Shown here: positions 28,220-37,829 of the stretch, piece by piece | How the letters are laid out: every line of letters starts with the position of its first letter | Numbering within the stretch: position 1 is the first letter of the stretch | NCBI GenBank assembly: GCA_964390595.1 | Contig: CAYMIA010000005.1 | Span: 3,586-67,585 of the forward strand | DNA length: 64,000 nt | Direction: 5' to 3' | Origin: an uncultured Gammaproteobacteria bacterium | GTDB lineage: Bacteria > Patescibacteriota > Microgenomatia > Daviesbacterales > UBA10151 | Notes under the pieces: model-generated | Database searches by the model: none | Seen by the model: the letters and a program-made list of their open reading frames with translations, nothing else | Told to the model about the DNA's origin: nothing | Position numbers and translations under genes: made by a program

Positions 28220-28862
28220 TTGGAAATCAAATAAATCAATTGCAGAGGCATTGGAGTGGGTATCTCTGGTGGGTTCAAAGGTGCTAGCCAGTGAAGAAGT
28301 GAAAGTGGTAGTTTGCCCAGAGTTTAGTGCAGTTGAGGAAGTTAAAAAGGCGGTTCTGGTGGGGAATTATTCACTCCTGGTTGGGGTGCAGGATCTATCG
28401 CCTTTTCCACCGGGTGCTTTTACTGGTGAGGAATCTGGTCAGGATTTAAAACAGTTTGCATCGGTGGTGATTATTGGACACTCGGAGAGGCGAAAAAACT
28501 TTGGTGAAACTGATGAGATGGTGGCAGAGAAAGTTAAAAGATCATTGGAGGTAGGGATGACGCCTTTGGTTTGTGTTCAGGGAAAGGAGACGCCGGTTCC
28601 GGAGGGATGCAACCTAGTGGCTTTTGAGCCAGTTGAGGCGATTGGAACTGGGCATCCGGATACTCCCGGGGATGCGAATGAGGTAGCCCAATTTTTAAAA
28701 GATAAATATGGGGAGAGACTGGAAGTTTTATATGGGGGGAGTGTAATTCCGGAGAACGCAGAGGCTTTTACAAAGCAGGAAAACATCAGCGGTTTGTTGG
28801 TTGGAGGGGCGTCGCTTTCTGCCGAGCAGTTTTTGGCGATCATTGAAAATGTAACCAGGTGA
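28182..28862 (+). CDS. tpiA: triosephosphate isomerase
   Basis: ANWKSNKS, IIGHSERR, AFEPVEAIGTG motifs. Confidence 0.8.
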   Translation: MGGGEKNLWIIANWKSNKSIAEALEWVSLVGSKVLASEEVKVVVCPEFSAVEEVKKAVLVGNYSLLVGVQDLSPFPPGAFTGEESGQDLKQFASVVIIGHSERRKNFGETDEMVAEKVKRSLEVGMTPLVCVQGKETPVPEGCNLVAFEPVEAIGTGHPDTPGDANEVAQFLKDKYGERLEVLYGGSVIPENAEAFTKQENISGLLVGGASLSAEQFLAIIENVTR

Positions 28863-28879
28863 GCCTTGAATGAAGAAAA

Positions 28880-30064
28880 ATGGATCAAAACTTGAGGATA
28901 AAAAAATCAAAGGGTTGGAAAAGATACTGGCCGGTTTGGTTGCTTTTGGGAACTATAGTGGTGATTGTTTTGGCTTGGTTGCTTTTTTCGTCTAGTTCGA
29001 GTGCTTTTAATTTTGGTTTTCCGGGTCGTCTGAGCTCAATTAAATCTAGCGATGACCGGGTGAATATTTTGCTTTTAGGAAATGGAGGCGGAAAACATGA
29101 TGGTCCAGATTTAACTGATTCAATTATTGTGGCCTCTTTAAATTTAAAAACCAACCGGGTGGCTTTGATCTCGATTCCGCGTGATCTTTGGTTAGATTCG
29201 ATTAAATCCAAGGTAAACACAGCTTACGTTTTAGGGGAGAAAAAGGGGAATGGTTTAAAGTTTGCCGAAGACAAGATTGATGATATTTTAGGGATTCCAA
29301 TTCATTATGGAGTGAGGTTGGATTTTAATGGTTTTTCTAAAGCGGTTGATTTGGTGGAGGGGATTGATGTTGATGTGCCTCACACCTTTGATGATTTTAT
29401 GTATCCGATCGCTGGGAAAGAAGATGATCTGTGTGGATATAGTGAAAAAGAGGTTGATGTTAGCGAGGATCAGGCTAAGCAACTAAATATTAAATCAGGT
29501 AAACAAAAGATATTTTTTGATCCAGCTGGAAAAATTGCTACTGATTCGGCTAATTTCGATTTTGCCTGCCGGTTTGAACATATTCATTTTAACAAAGGTG
29601 TTTCTCATATGGATGGGGAAACGGCATTGAAGTTTGTGAGATCTAGACATGCCTTTGGGGTTGAGGGCTCTGACTTTGCCCGTTCGCATAGGCAACAGTT
29701 GGTGATCCAGGCTTTTAGAGAAAAAGCTTTGTCCTTGCAAACTTTGATTAATCCGGTCAAAATTGCTGGGCTTTTTGGAACTTTTGGAGATAGTTTTGAA
29801 ACAGATATTCCCAGTTCTAATTTCTTAGAATTTTATAACTTGACTAAAAAAATTGAAGAGACGGATAGTTATGTACTGGGTGATTTAGGAGATGGAAAGT
29901 CGCTATTTACCAATCCGCCCCCATCTGATTATGGTGGGGCCTGGGTTTTGGTTCCTCAAAGTAATAACTTTTCTGAAGTGATGCAATTTGTTAAAGATGC
30001 ACTGAATGATAACTTGAATATTAGTAGCCCAACTCCGGTGGGTACTCCAGCAAAGGTTAAATAA
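28880..30064 (+). CDS. LytR-CpsA-Psr (LCP) family cell-envelope phosphotransferase
   Basis: N-terminal TM; NILLLGNGGG...GPDLTDSIIVASLN...ALISIPRDLW core. Confidence 0.7.
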   Translation: MDQNLRIKKSKGWKRYWPVWLLLGTIVVIVLAWLLFSSSSSAFNFGFPGRLSSIKSSDDRVNILLLGNGGGKHDGPDLTDSIIVASLNLKTNRVALISIPRDLWLDSIKSKVNTAYVLGEKKGNGLKFAEDKIDDILGIPIHYGVRLDFNGFSKAVDLVEGIDVDVPHTFDDFMYPIAGKEDDLCGYSEKEVDVSEDQAKQLNIKSGKQKIFFDPAGKIATDSANFDFACRFEHIHFNKGVSHMDGETALKFVRSRHAFGVEGSDFARSHRQQLVIQAFREKALSLQTLINPVKIAGLFGTFGDSFETDIPSSNFLEFYNLTKKIEETDSYVLGDLGDGKSLFTNPPPSDYGGAWVLVPQSNNFSEVMQFVKDALNDNLNISSPTPVGTPAKVK

Positions 30065-30065
30065 G

Positions 30066-30728
30066 ATGCAGCTATTTATTCTTCATGGGCCAGGTCTAGT
30101 GACACTGCGAAGCCGATTGATGGCGATTAAAAAACAATATGAAGGGGCGTTAATTAGTGAGTATGCCGGACCTGATTTAGAATTTTCCCAGTTGCTGGTT
30201 GAGATGGGTAGTTTGGGGCTTTTTTCACCGACCCGTTTGATTATTATTTCGAGTCCAGATACGGATTTGGATTTGGAGAAGTTACCAAATACCGAAAACT
30301 TGGGACTGGTGATAACTTTTCCTAAAACTATCCCCAGCAACAGTAAATTTTTAAAAGCAGCGACGGCTCGATCGGCGCAGATAATGCAATTTTCTGAGGC
30401 AGAAGAGATCTCGGTATTTCCTTTTTTAGATGCTTTAGCTGAAAAAAAATCCGCGGCTTTTGAACAACTCCAAAAGTTATTAAAAGAATATGGTAGTCAG
30501 TATATTTTAACGATGATCTTTTATTCTCTCCGGAAATTTGTTTTACCTTCGCACAATTTACCGCCTTTTATTTTGAAGAAGCACCAATTTCAGGCCCGCA
30601 ACTTCCCCTTGCCCCGGATTAAACTGCTTTATTTTCAAACTATCGAAACAGATTATAAAATAAAGTTAGGGTTAATTGATGAGATGAATGGACTGACAAT
30701 GCTGACTGAAAATTTTTTAAAAAGTTAA
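30066..30728 (+). CDS. hypothetical protein (weakly DNA polymerase III delta/HolA-like N-terminus)
   Basis: MQLFILHGPG start; no firm motif. Confidence 0.25.
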   Translation: MQLFILHGPGLVTLRSRLMAIKKQYEGALISEYAGPDLEFSQLLVEMGSLGLFSPTRLIIISSPDTDLDLEKLPNTENLGLVITFPKTIPSNSKFLKAATARSAQIMQFSEAEEISVFPFLDALAEKKSAAFEQLQKLLKEYGSQYILTMIFYSLRKFVLPSHNLPPFILKKHQFQARNFPLPRIKLLYFQTIETDYKIKLGLIDEMNGLTMLTENFLKS

Positions 30729-30731
30729 TTT

Positions 30732-31604
30732 ATGATCAAGGGTTTAATTTTTTGGGGGTTGGTCACTTTGACATTAGTATTGGGGGTTAAGATAATCTTT
30801 TTTACTACTCCTTGTGATCAACCAGTTACCTATCACATTGGTTCGATTGATGCCCGCTTTAAGTTAGATAAAGTGGGGCTGAAAGATGATTTAGCGCGCG
30901 CGAGTACTATTTGGAAAGAGGCTTGGGGAAAGGAGCTGTTTGTTTATAACGAAGACCTGGATGGAGTGGTGGTGGATTTAGTGTTTGATCAGCGGGCGAA
31001 TTTAAACAGTCAAATTAATCAGCTACAAGACAAGCTATCTGAAGAAAAAACTAACATCAGGCCGGAGATTAGCGATTTTGAAAAAAGATCAACGGAGTTT
31101 AAACTTAAGCTTCAGGCATTAAATGAGGAGATCAGTCAATGGAATGCTAGGGGTGGAGCGCCTGAGGGGGTTTTTGAATCGTTGACTAAAAGGCAGCAAG
31201 AGCTGAAGCAAGAAGCTGATCAGCTGAATGCGGAGGCGGGTAGTTTGAATCAGACGACCAGCGATTATAACGCTCAAATTGATCAACTTCATCAAAAAGT
31301 TGGAACTTTAAATGCGGCTTTGGAAGTCAAACCAGAAGAAGGCGTTTATACCTCAGCTGATAAAAGAATAGTGATTTATTTTAACAACAGCCAAGATGAA
31401 TTGATACATACTTTGGCTCATGAATTGGGACATGCGTTAGGTTTGGGGCACGTGAATGATCCAGCAGCTATTATGAATCCGAATACAACCGAAGTAACAA
31501 AGGCCTCCAGTACGGATAAGGAAGCTTTGGGTGAACTTTGCAAAAAGCCAAATATGGCAGTAGTGGAGAGGCTAGCATCAATTCTAAAAGTAAAATTCAG
31601 GTAG
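30732..31604 (+). CDS. membrane-anchored zinc metalloprotease, matrixin/M10-like
   Basis: HELGHALGLGH (HExxHxxGxxH), N-terminal TM, central coiled coil. Confidence 0.55.
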   Translation: MIKGLIFWGLVTLTLVLGVKIIFFTTPCDQPVTYHIGSIDARFKLDKVGLKDDLARASTIWKEAWGKELFVYNEDLDGVVVDLVFDQRANLNSQINQLQDKLSEEKTNIRPEISDFEKRSTEFKLKLQALNEEISQWNARGGAPEGVFESLTKRQQELKQEADQLNAEAGSLNQTTSDYNAQIDQLHQKVGTLNAALEVKPEEGVYTSADKRIVIYFNNSQDELIHTLAHELGHALGLGHVNDPAAIMNPNTTEVTKASSTDKEALGELCKKPNMAVVERLASILKVKFR

Positions 31605-31633
31605 GCTTAAATTTGCCTACCTGAAAGATTACA

Positions 31634-31897
31634 TTAATAAGCGCGTCTGACAAACATGCGGTGGATCGCGATAACAACTATGGCGCCTAGGGTGGCCACT
31701 AAGATGCTATAAATATCAAAACCGCCCGGGCCACTTTGGCCAAATAGGTTCATAATCAGACCGCCAACGAATGCTCCAATTATGCCTAGTATGATATCCA
31801 TGATAACTCCATGAGGGCTTCGCATTACAAGCGATGCTAGAAAGCCAGCGATCGCGCCCACAACTAACCAAACTATAAGTCCCATACTCCTTTTCAC
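31634..31897 (-). CDS. GlsB/YeaQ/YmgE-family transglycosylase-associated small membrane protein
   Basis: 87 aa, MGLIVWLVVGAIAGFLAS...GIIGAFVGGLI signature. Confidence 0.6.
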   Translation of the reverse strand: MKRSMGLIVWLVVGAIAGFLASLVMRSPHGVIMDIILGIIGAFVGGLIMNLFGQSGPGGFDIYSILVATLGAIVVIAIHRMFVRRAY

Positions 31898-32031
31898 CTC
31901 CTTTAACCTTGCTTGTATTATACAGCGAGCAATTAAGAGATAAATGAGGGATTGGTAAAGGATTGATAAGAGAAAAATGGTGACTAATTTTTATTACATG
32001 GTGGTTGTGGTAAGATATTATTATCTTCATA

Positions 32032-34274
32032 TGGACCTTTTAAAATTCTTGCCCAGCATTCCCTTTTTGAACCAAAAAAAATCGCCCGATGAGTTTTATT
32101 TTGGACTTTATATTGAAGAAGGGGTCGTTGAAGGATGCGTTTGGGGAATCGTTGGCAAACATCTAAGATTAATTAGTAGTGCCAGAGCAAATTACAAGAC
32201 TAACCATGACTTAGTTGAGGCATCAAATCATGTTCTAGATGTGGCTTTGGCTGATTTTTCTCCGGAGCCTGCAAAAGTTTTGTTTGGTGTGCCAGATTCT
32301 TGGCTTCAAGATGATAATTTAAAAGAAGAAAACTTAAAGTTGCTCCGTCATTTAGTGAAGGCGCTGGATGTAACGCCAATGGCTTATGTTTCAACGACTC
32401 ATGCCGTTTCTCATCTATTGGAAAAGCGCTCTGGAGTGCCAACTACAGCTGTTTTGATTGGAGTATTTGATCCTTTGGCAGTGACAATAGTTAAAGCTGG
32501 CAAGATCATTGGGACAAAGTACCAAAACCGCTCAAGTGACTTGGCCGATGATATAGCGAAGGCTTTGATGAGTTTTTCTGATGTGGAAGTTTTGCCTTCC
32601 AAGATTACAGTTTATGGAAATGAGAATCTAGAGGGTTTTAAGGATAAACTGACTGCTTATTCCTGGATTCCCAAGTTGCCATTTTTGCATCTACCCAAAG
32701 TGGAGATTTTAGATCAGGACAGTGCGTTAAATGCAGTCTGTTTAGCTGGTGCAACAGAGTTATATCCAGATGTGGCGTTTTCAGCGAAGTCTTTGAATCC
32801 GGTAGACGCGCGCTCATCTCAGAGTGGGATTATCAAACCAGAACCAGATGTGATTCATGCCCGGGGTAGTCACCACGGCGATGACGAAGAGCTGGAGAAT
32901 GTGGGATTTGTAGCGGGAGATGTGGAGGAGTTAGGAGGTTTGGACGAGACATACCCCAGAGCAGTTGACGAGGAGTCGGTGGTTTTAAGAGGGAGAGATC
33001 AAGAAGTAGATCCTTATTCGGGTGGTCATCACTTGGCTAAAAGTTCGGGGATTTTAGGAATGATAGGTGGCTTTTTTGCCAAAGTGCCACTGCCGCGGAA
33101 ATTTTTATCTTTTGGACCGGGGATTACTTCGAAACTGCCGCTTCTTTTGCCTGTTTTGGTGGTGTTAATTTTGGTAGGAGCTTATATTTTTTTACCAAAG
33201 GCACAGGTCGCTATTTTAATCGATCCGAAGATTTTAGAAAAAGAGGCTCAGATAACCGCTGATCCAAAAGTGACTAGTGTTGATGAAAACGCTAAGATTA
33301 TTCCTGGAAAATTAATTGAAACAGATGAGAGTGGGACTGATAAAGCGCCAGCGACGGGCAGAAAGCAGATTGGTGATCCCGCCAAGGGAGGGGTAATTGT
33401 TTACAATTTATCGAGTAATAAAGTGAGCTTGCCTCAAGGAACAGTTTTGACTGGTCCGAATAACACTAAATTTACCTTGGATGGTTCAGTGTCGATCGCT
33501 TCTCAGTCTTCAACCATTGGAGCAGATTTTACAACGGTAACCACTCCGGGAAAAGCTAACTCGGGGGTGACTGCTCAAACAATTGGTCCAGATGGGAATC
33601 TACCAGCTGCTACTAAATTGAATGTAGCAGGTTATACAGACAGTGCAGTGGTGGCAAAGGTTGACTCCGCTTTGTCTGGAGGGACTAGTAAAGACGTTCA
33701 GGTGGTGACCTCTGATGACCAAAAGAAACTATTAGCTTCTTTGGCCTCAACACTCCGCCAAAAAGCTCAAGCTGATTTGCAGGGCAAAGTGCCTGAGGGC
33801 CAAAAGATTTTGACCGAGGCTTTGGCTGAGACTTTGGGCAGCCCTAGTTACTCAAAGAAAGTTGGAGAGCAGGCGAGTGAGTTTGGACTAACTTTGACTG
33901 TTCATTACAAAGGGACAACTTACGCGGACTCAGATCTGAAAAATATTGTTTCTAAGCTAGTTGAAGTTAATGTGCCATCCGGGTTTGATTTTAATTTAGC
34001 TGAGGCGGAGACTCAGGCCGATGTGGGGAAGCTCGAGAAAGACGGGCGGCTGATTTTTAATGCTAAGTTTCAAGCTAAACTGATTCCGAAGATGGATTTA
34101 GAAAAGATTAAGAAAGATTTGGCTAATAAAAGTCCAATGGCAGCAGCTGATTACTTGAAAAATATGGAAAATGTGGTTGGTTCAGAGATTCATATTAAGC
34201 CCTCTTTGCCAGGACCATTGCAGCGCTTGCCAATTCTAGCCAAGAATATTTCGGTTGAGATAAAACCCAAATAA
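32032..34274 (+). CDS. large bitopic membrane protein: cytoplasmic actin/FtsA-like-looking N-terminal domain, TM helix (~residue 380), large extracellular Gly/Thr/Ser-rich domain; probable start ATG 32032
   Basis: FYFGLYIEEGVVEGCVWGIVG resembles actin-fold phosphate-1 motif; TM LPLLLPVLVVLILVGAYIFL; followed by a sortase gene. Confidence 0.4.
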
Positions 34275-34308
34275 GGCTATACTATATATTGAGCAGACGG
34301 ACGTCTTT

Positions 34309-34947
34309 ATGCTCATAAAACTGGCCTCACTGCTATTTCTAGGTCTGGGAGTTTTTATTTTGGTCCAAGTGGCGACTCCTTTTTTGGCGTTCAAAGTTTG
34401 GGAGGTAACTGCTTATAGTCAGGACTCTTTGCTGGTTGATCCGGTGTCCACAAAACCGGTGGATGGAGTTTTTGTTCAAGATTTGGGCAACTTTCCAGCG
34501 ATAGTTTCTGCTAATAACCGGGATGGGGGAACCCCCTATCATGAATTTGAATTGACTATTCCGACAATTAAATTGCAAGATATAAAGGTGGTAGTTGATA
34601 GCAATGATTTTGAACATAATTTAGCGCATTTGCCTGGATCAGCGTTGCCAGGTGAAAAAGGGAATGTGTTTGTAACTGGGCATTCTTCCTTAGCCCAGTT
34701 TTTTAAACCAGATAACTTTAAAGCGATTTTTGCCAATTTACCCAATATTAAAAAAGGAGATGAGATATTTGTTACTGCGGGAGGGCAATCTTTTGTATAT
34801 GTGGTTGAGGGGATGAGAATTGTTGATCCAAAAGAGATTAGTGTAGTAAATCCACCTAATTCAACAGGGAGGTATTTAAGTTTGATGACTTGTGTCCCAC
34901 CTGGATTTAATACCAAGCGTTTGGTAGTATTAGCTAGATTAAAATAG
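34309..34947 (+). CDS. sortase-family transpeptidase
   Basis: N-terminal TM, LPGEKGNVFVTGHS (catalytic His) and YLSLMTCVPPG (TLxTC catalytic Cys) motifs. Confidence 0.65.
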   Translation: MLIKLASLLFLGLGVFILVQVATPFLAFKVWEVTAYSQDSLLVDPVSTKPVDGVFVQDLGNFPAIVSANNRDGGTPYHEFELTIPTIKLQDIKVVVDSNDFEHNLAHLPGSALPGEKGNVFVTGHSSLAQFFKPDNFKAIFANLPNIKKGDEIFVTAGGQSFVYVVEGMRIVDPKEISVVNPPNSTGRYLSLMTCVPPGFNTKRLVVLARLK

Positions 34948-35339
34948 TGAAATATTTAGGCATAGATTATGGGCGTAGAAAAATTGGTCTGTCAATTTCT
35001 GAAGGCCAGTTGGCTTCCGTTTTTAAAGTTTTAACAGTTGGTGGGGTGGCTGATGCTGTTTCTAAAATTATTCAAGTGATTCACAAGGAAGATATTAACC
35101 GGGTGATTGTGGGCGTTCCTGAAGGGGGAACTGGAAAGATGGTCAAGTCTTTTGTTGAGAATCTGAAAAATGAATTATCCGAGACTGATGTGGTAGTTTT
35201 AGAAGCTGATGAGACGCTTTCTTCAAAAAAGGCCTTGGATTTGATGATTCAAGTTGGGGCTTCTAAAAAAGACCGGAAAAAAGAAGACGCCTTTTCAGCA
35301 GCGATTATTTTACAAAACTTTTTAGATTCTTTAGAATAG
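34947..35339 (+). CDS. ruvX: Holliday-junction resolvase-like RuvX/YqgF
   Basis: MKYLGIDYGRRKIGLSIS start, RNase H-like; conserved ruvX-mltG adjacency. Confidence 0.7.
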   Translation: MKYLGIDYGRRKIGLSISEGQLASVFKVLTVGGVADAVSKIIQVIHKEDINRVIVGVPEGGTGKMVKSFVENLKNELSETDVVVLEADETLSSKKALDLMIQVGASKKDRKKEDAFSAAIILQNFLDSLE

Positions 35340-35356
35340 TATAGGTAGTTTACTTA

Positions 35357-35452
35357 GGGTCCTGCCAGCTTGGTTTCCCGTCGGATGTCCTCACTATGCT
35401 ATCGCTCCGTTGCGGGCATGCGCCGGGAGCCCTCCTCGCTGTCACCCTGCGT
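35357..35452 (+). repeat. GC-rich hairpin-rich element copy B2 (intergenic, between ruvX and mltG), homologous to the insertion inside pcrA
   Basis: ~96 nt of ~65% GC; shares GGGTCCTG(C/T)C(A/G)GCT..., ...CTCCGTT(A/G)..., CCCTCCTCGC...GTCACCCT blocks with 24852-24957. Confidence 0.5.
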
Positions 35453-35475
35453 AAACTTTTATTTAGACATAGAAA

Positions 35476-36462
35476 ATGAAAAAAAACTTTATTAGAAATT
35501 GGTTGATATTAATTGGAGTGGTGGTGGTGGTGGGAGTGGGGGTGAAAGTTTATTGGGGATATTTAAATTCAGCGGTTAATTCGAGTGAACCTTCAACTAA
35601 AGCGTTTGTGATTCAAAAAGGGGAGTCAGTAACGAGTATTGCTGAACACTTAAAACAAGAAGGGTTGATCCGTTCGCCGCTGGCTTTTAAAGTGGCTTTA
35701 AAATTATCGGGAGTGGGGGTGAAAATTGAGGCAGGAGATTTTAAGTTATCGCCAAGTATGTCAATTAAAGATTTGATGAGTGCATTGCAAAATGGAGCAA
35801 CAGATAAATGGGTGACGCTGCTTGAGGGATGGAGGCTGGAGCAAGTAGCTGATGAGTTAAATAGACAATTGACAATTGACAAGGGACAATTTCTGAAGGT
35901 GGCCCGTGAGGGGTATATGTTTCCTGACACTTATCTTTTTAATAAAGAAGCTAGCGCAGAGACAATCGCCTCAACTTTAGAAAATACTTTTGACCAAAGG
36001 TATGATGAGGAGTTAAAAGCTAAGGTACGCGCAAGAGGTCTGACTGAGCAACAAGGGGTGATATTAGCGTCAATTGTGGAGAGAGAAGCGAGGTCTGATG
36101 AGGTTAGGACTAAAGTAGCAAGTATTTTGTTAAAGAGGTTTAAAATTGGGATGGCTTTAAATGCTGATGCGACTGTTCAATATGCTAAAGATTCGCAAGC
36201 TTTAAAAATGGGAAACTTGGCAAAATTTTGGCAGCCGGTTACAACTGATGATTATAAAGAGATTGTTTCCCCCTACAATACTTATTTAAATGCGGGGCTA
36301 CCACCTACTCCAATTTGTAACCCAGGTTTGTCATCAATAAAGGCGGTTGCGAGTGCCGATCCATCAACACCCTATCTATTTTATTATCATGATAGCCAAG
36401 GAAACTCATATTATGCTAAGACTTTGGAAGAGCATAATCAAAATGTCAGGAGTCATCCGTGA
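35476..36462 (+). CDS. mltG: endolytic murein transglycosylase MltG (YceG-like)
   Basis: N-terminal TM, YceG-like domain (ASIVEREA, catalytic E context), C-terminal GLPPTPICNPG. Confidence 0.7.
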   Translation: MKKNFIRNWLILIGVVVVVGVGVKVYWGYLNSAVNSSEPSTKAFVIQKGESVTSIAEHLKQEGLIRSPLAFKVALKLSGVGVKIEAGDFKLSPSMSIKDLMSALQNGATDKWVTLLEGWRLEQVADELNRQLTIDKGQFLKVAREGYMFPDTYLFNKEASAETIASTLENTFDQRYDEELKAKVRARGLTEQQGVILASIVEREARSDEVRTKVASILLKRFKIGMALNADATVQYAKDSQALKMGNLAKFWQPVTTDDYKEIVSPYNTYLNAGLPPTPICNPGLSSIKAVASADPSTPYLFYYHDSQGNSYYAKTLEEHNQNVRSHP

Positions 36463-37163
36463 TTGATTTGGCTGATTTTACTCCCAGAGAAGTTGATATT
36501 ATTCCTCAAGATGTTTTTCCAAATTTTAATCAGAAGGAATTATTAGATTCTTCGTTTGTACCTCAGAATGACAGGGTAAAAAAACTGCTGCACGGCAAAA
36601 GCGAGGACTTGCATCAACTTATTTTAGATACAGCGCTTGCTATGTGGGATGGGGGATATGATTTTATGATAAATAAGTTTGGTTTTTATCAACCAGGGGA
36701 GTATCAAAAATTCAAAGGACATTGCCATCAGATTACTCCAGCGCTAGGGGTGGTTTTGAAAAGCTTGGGGTTTTCGCGGGTAGTTTATTTAGAATGTTTC
36801 AGGGTTGATCCAAAAACTGGCGAAAAGATTGATCCCAAAGAGGAACCAGATCCGCAGATGCGAGATGAATTTTGTGGAATTGGCAGGATTCCATATTGTT
36901 GTTTGGGAGTTGAGGTGGGAGGGGAGATGTTTTATTTAACTGGGAAGCATATTAAGCCAGGGGATAATGGGCAGCCCAAAGTAATTCTCACCCCAGATTG
37001 TTATAGAGATTTTGTGGGAGTGTTGAGGCATCCCAAGGACTCTTCAAAAAGTGGAATTTATTTGAAAGTTGTAAAAGAGGAACCATTTACTTGGCAAAAA
37101 CAGGTAGACGGCAAAGACGGCTCGTCTGAATTCTTTCAAGCTTATGTGAAGATGAACTTTTAG
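36459..37163 (+). CDS. hypothetical protein (Cys/His-containing, possible transglutaminase-like fold)
   Basis: ORF; start overlaps mltG stop (translational coupling); no firm motif. Confidence 0.35.
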   Translation: MIDLADFTPREVDIIPQDVFPNFNQKELLDSSFVPQNDRVKKLLHGKSEDLHQLILDTALAMWDGGYDFMINKFGFYQPGEYQKFKGHCHQITPALGVVLKSLGFSRVVYLECFRVDPKTGEKIDPKEEPDPQMRDEFCGIGRIPYCCLGVEVGGEMFYLTGKHIKPGDNGQPKVILTPDCYRDFVGVLRHPKDSSKSGIYLKVVKEEPFTWQKQVDGKDGSSEFFQAYVKMNF

Positions 37164-37182
37164 ATCTGGTATAATCCATAGA

Positions 37183-37668
37183 ATGGAGCAGGATCTGCCA
37201 ATCACTCCGAGAGAAAAGAACTTTTATGTTAATCCCAAAAAAGCGATGTGGGGATTTTCGATAGCAGTGATTTTTCTAACTATTATTGGGGTATTTTTAT
37301 TGTCTACACATGAGACCAGTTTAAGTATTGCCCCCTCCCCTAGTCCAGAAGGAAATGGGTTGACCCAATTTGGGTCGGTGGCTTCAATAAAACCACCTCA
37401 GGTTCAAGGAGTATCAACTAGTAATCCTGAAGAGGCTGGAAATTATCAGATAAATGAACCCAAACCTTCAGCCATAAAAACACCAGCTCCGACACCTAAA
37501 GTTAGCGCTACTCCCTCACCTTCTCCTACTCCTTCACCATCCCCTACTAATTCACCAGTACCAATTAGTTCTCCGTCTCTGTCTCCCTGCAGCACCCCAT
37601 CACCTGTCCCTTCCTCAACTTCTGACCCATCTTCTTCACCTAGTCCAACTCCCTGTGCAAGTCCATAA
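37183..37668 (+). CDS. signal-anchored Pro/Ser/Thr-rich low-complexity surface protein
   Basis: TM FSIAVIFLTIIGVFLL; C-terminal (SPSPTP)n-like region. Confidence 0.4.
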   Translation: MEQDLPITPREKNFYVNPKKAMWGFSIAVIFLTIIGVFLLSTHETSLSIAPSPSPEGNGLTQFGSVASIKPPQVQGVSTSNPEEAGNYQINEPKPSAIKTPAPTPKVSATPSPSPTPSPSPTNSPVPISSPSLSPCSTPSPVPSSTSDPSSSPSPTPCASP

Positions 37669-37744
37669 AGTTGCATTTGGTTGGTTCTTTTGATAGAATA
37701 TTATTCTCATGCTTAAGCATAAATTTAAGCTAGATAACTTACGA

Positions 37745-37797
37745 TTCGCCAGGAAACTAGGCGAAGTAGAGGAAACCGCCAGGAGGCGGTTTTTTTA
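37745..37797 (+). terminator. tandem hairpins: TTCGCC-AGGAAACTA-GGCGAA then ACCGCC-AGGA-GGCGGT followed by TTTTTTT (intrinsic terminator)
   Basis: perfect 6-bp stems; T7 run at 37791-37797. Confidence 0.7.
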
Positions 37798-37829
37798 TGG
37801 TGTAAACCAGAAGCGAGGTACGAAGATTC

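Noticed and set aside
32860-33060. Purine/GC-enriched stretch inside the 765-aa membrane protein gene, considered as another inserted element
   Set aside because: No flanking direct repeats and no similarity to the GC-rich element family; it simply encodes an acidic Gly/Asp/Glu-rich linker.
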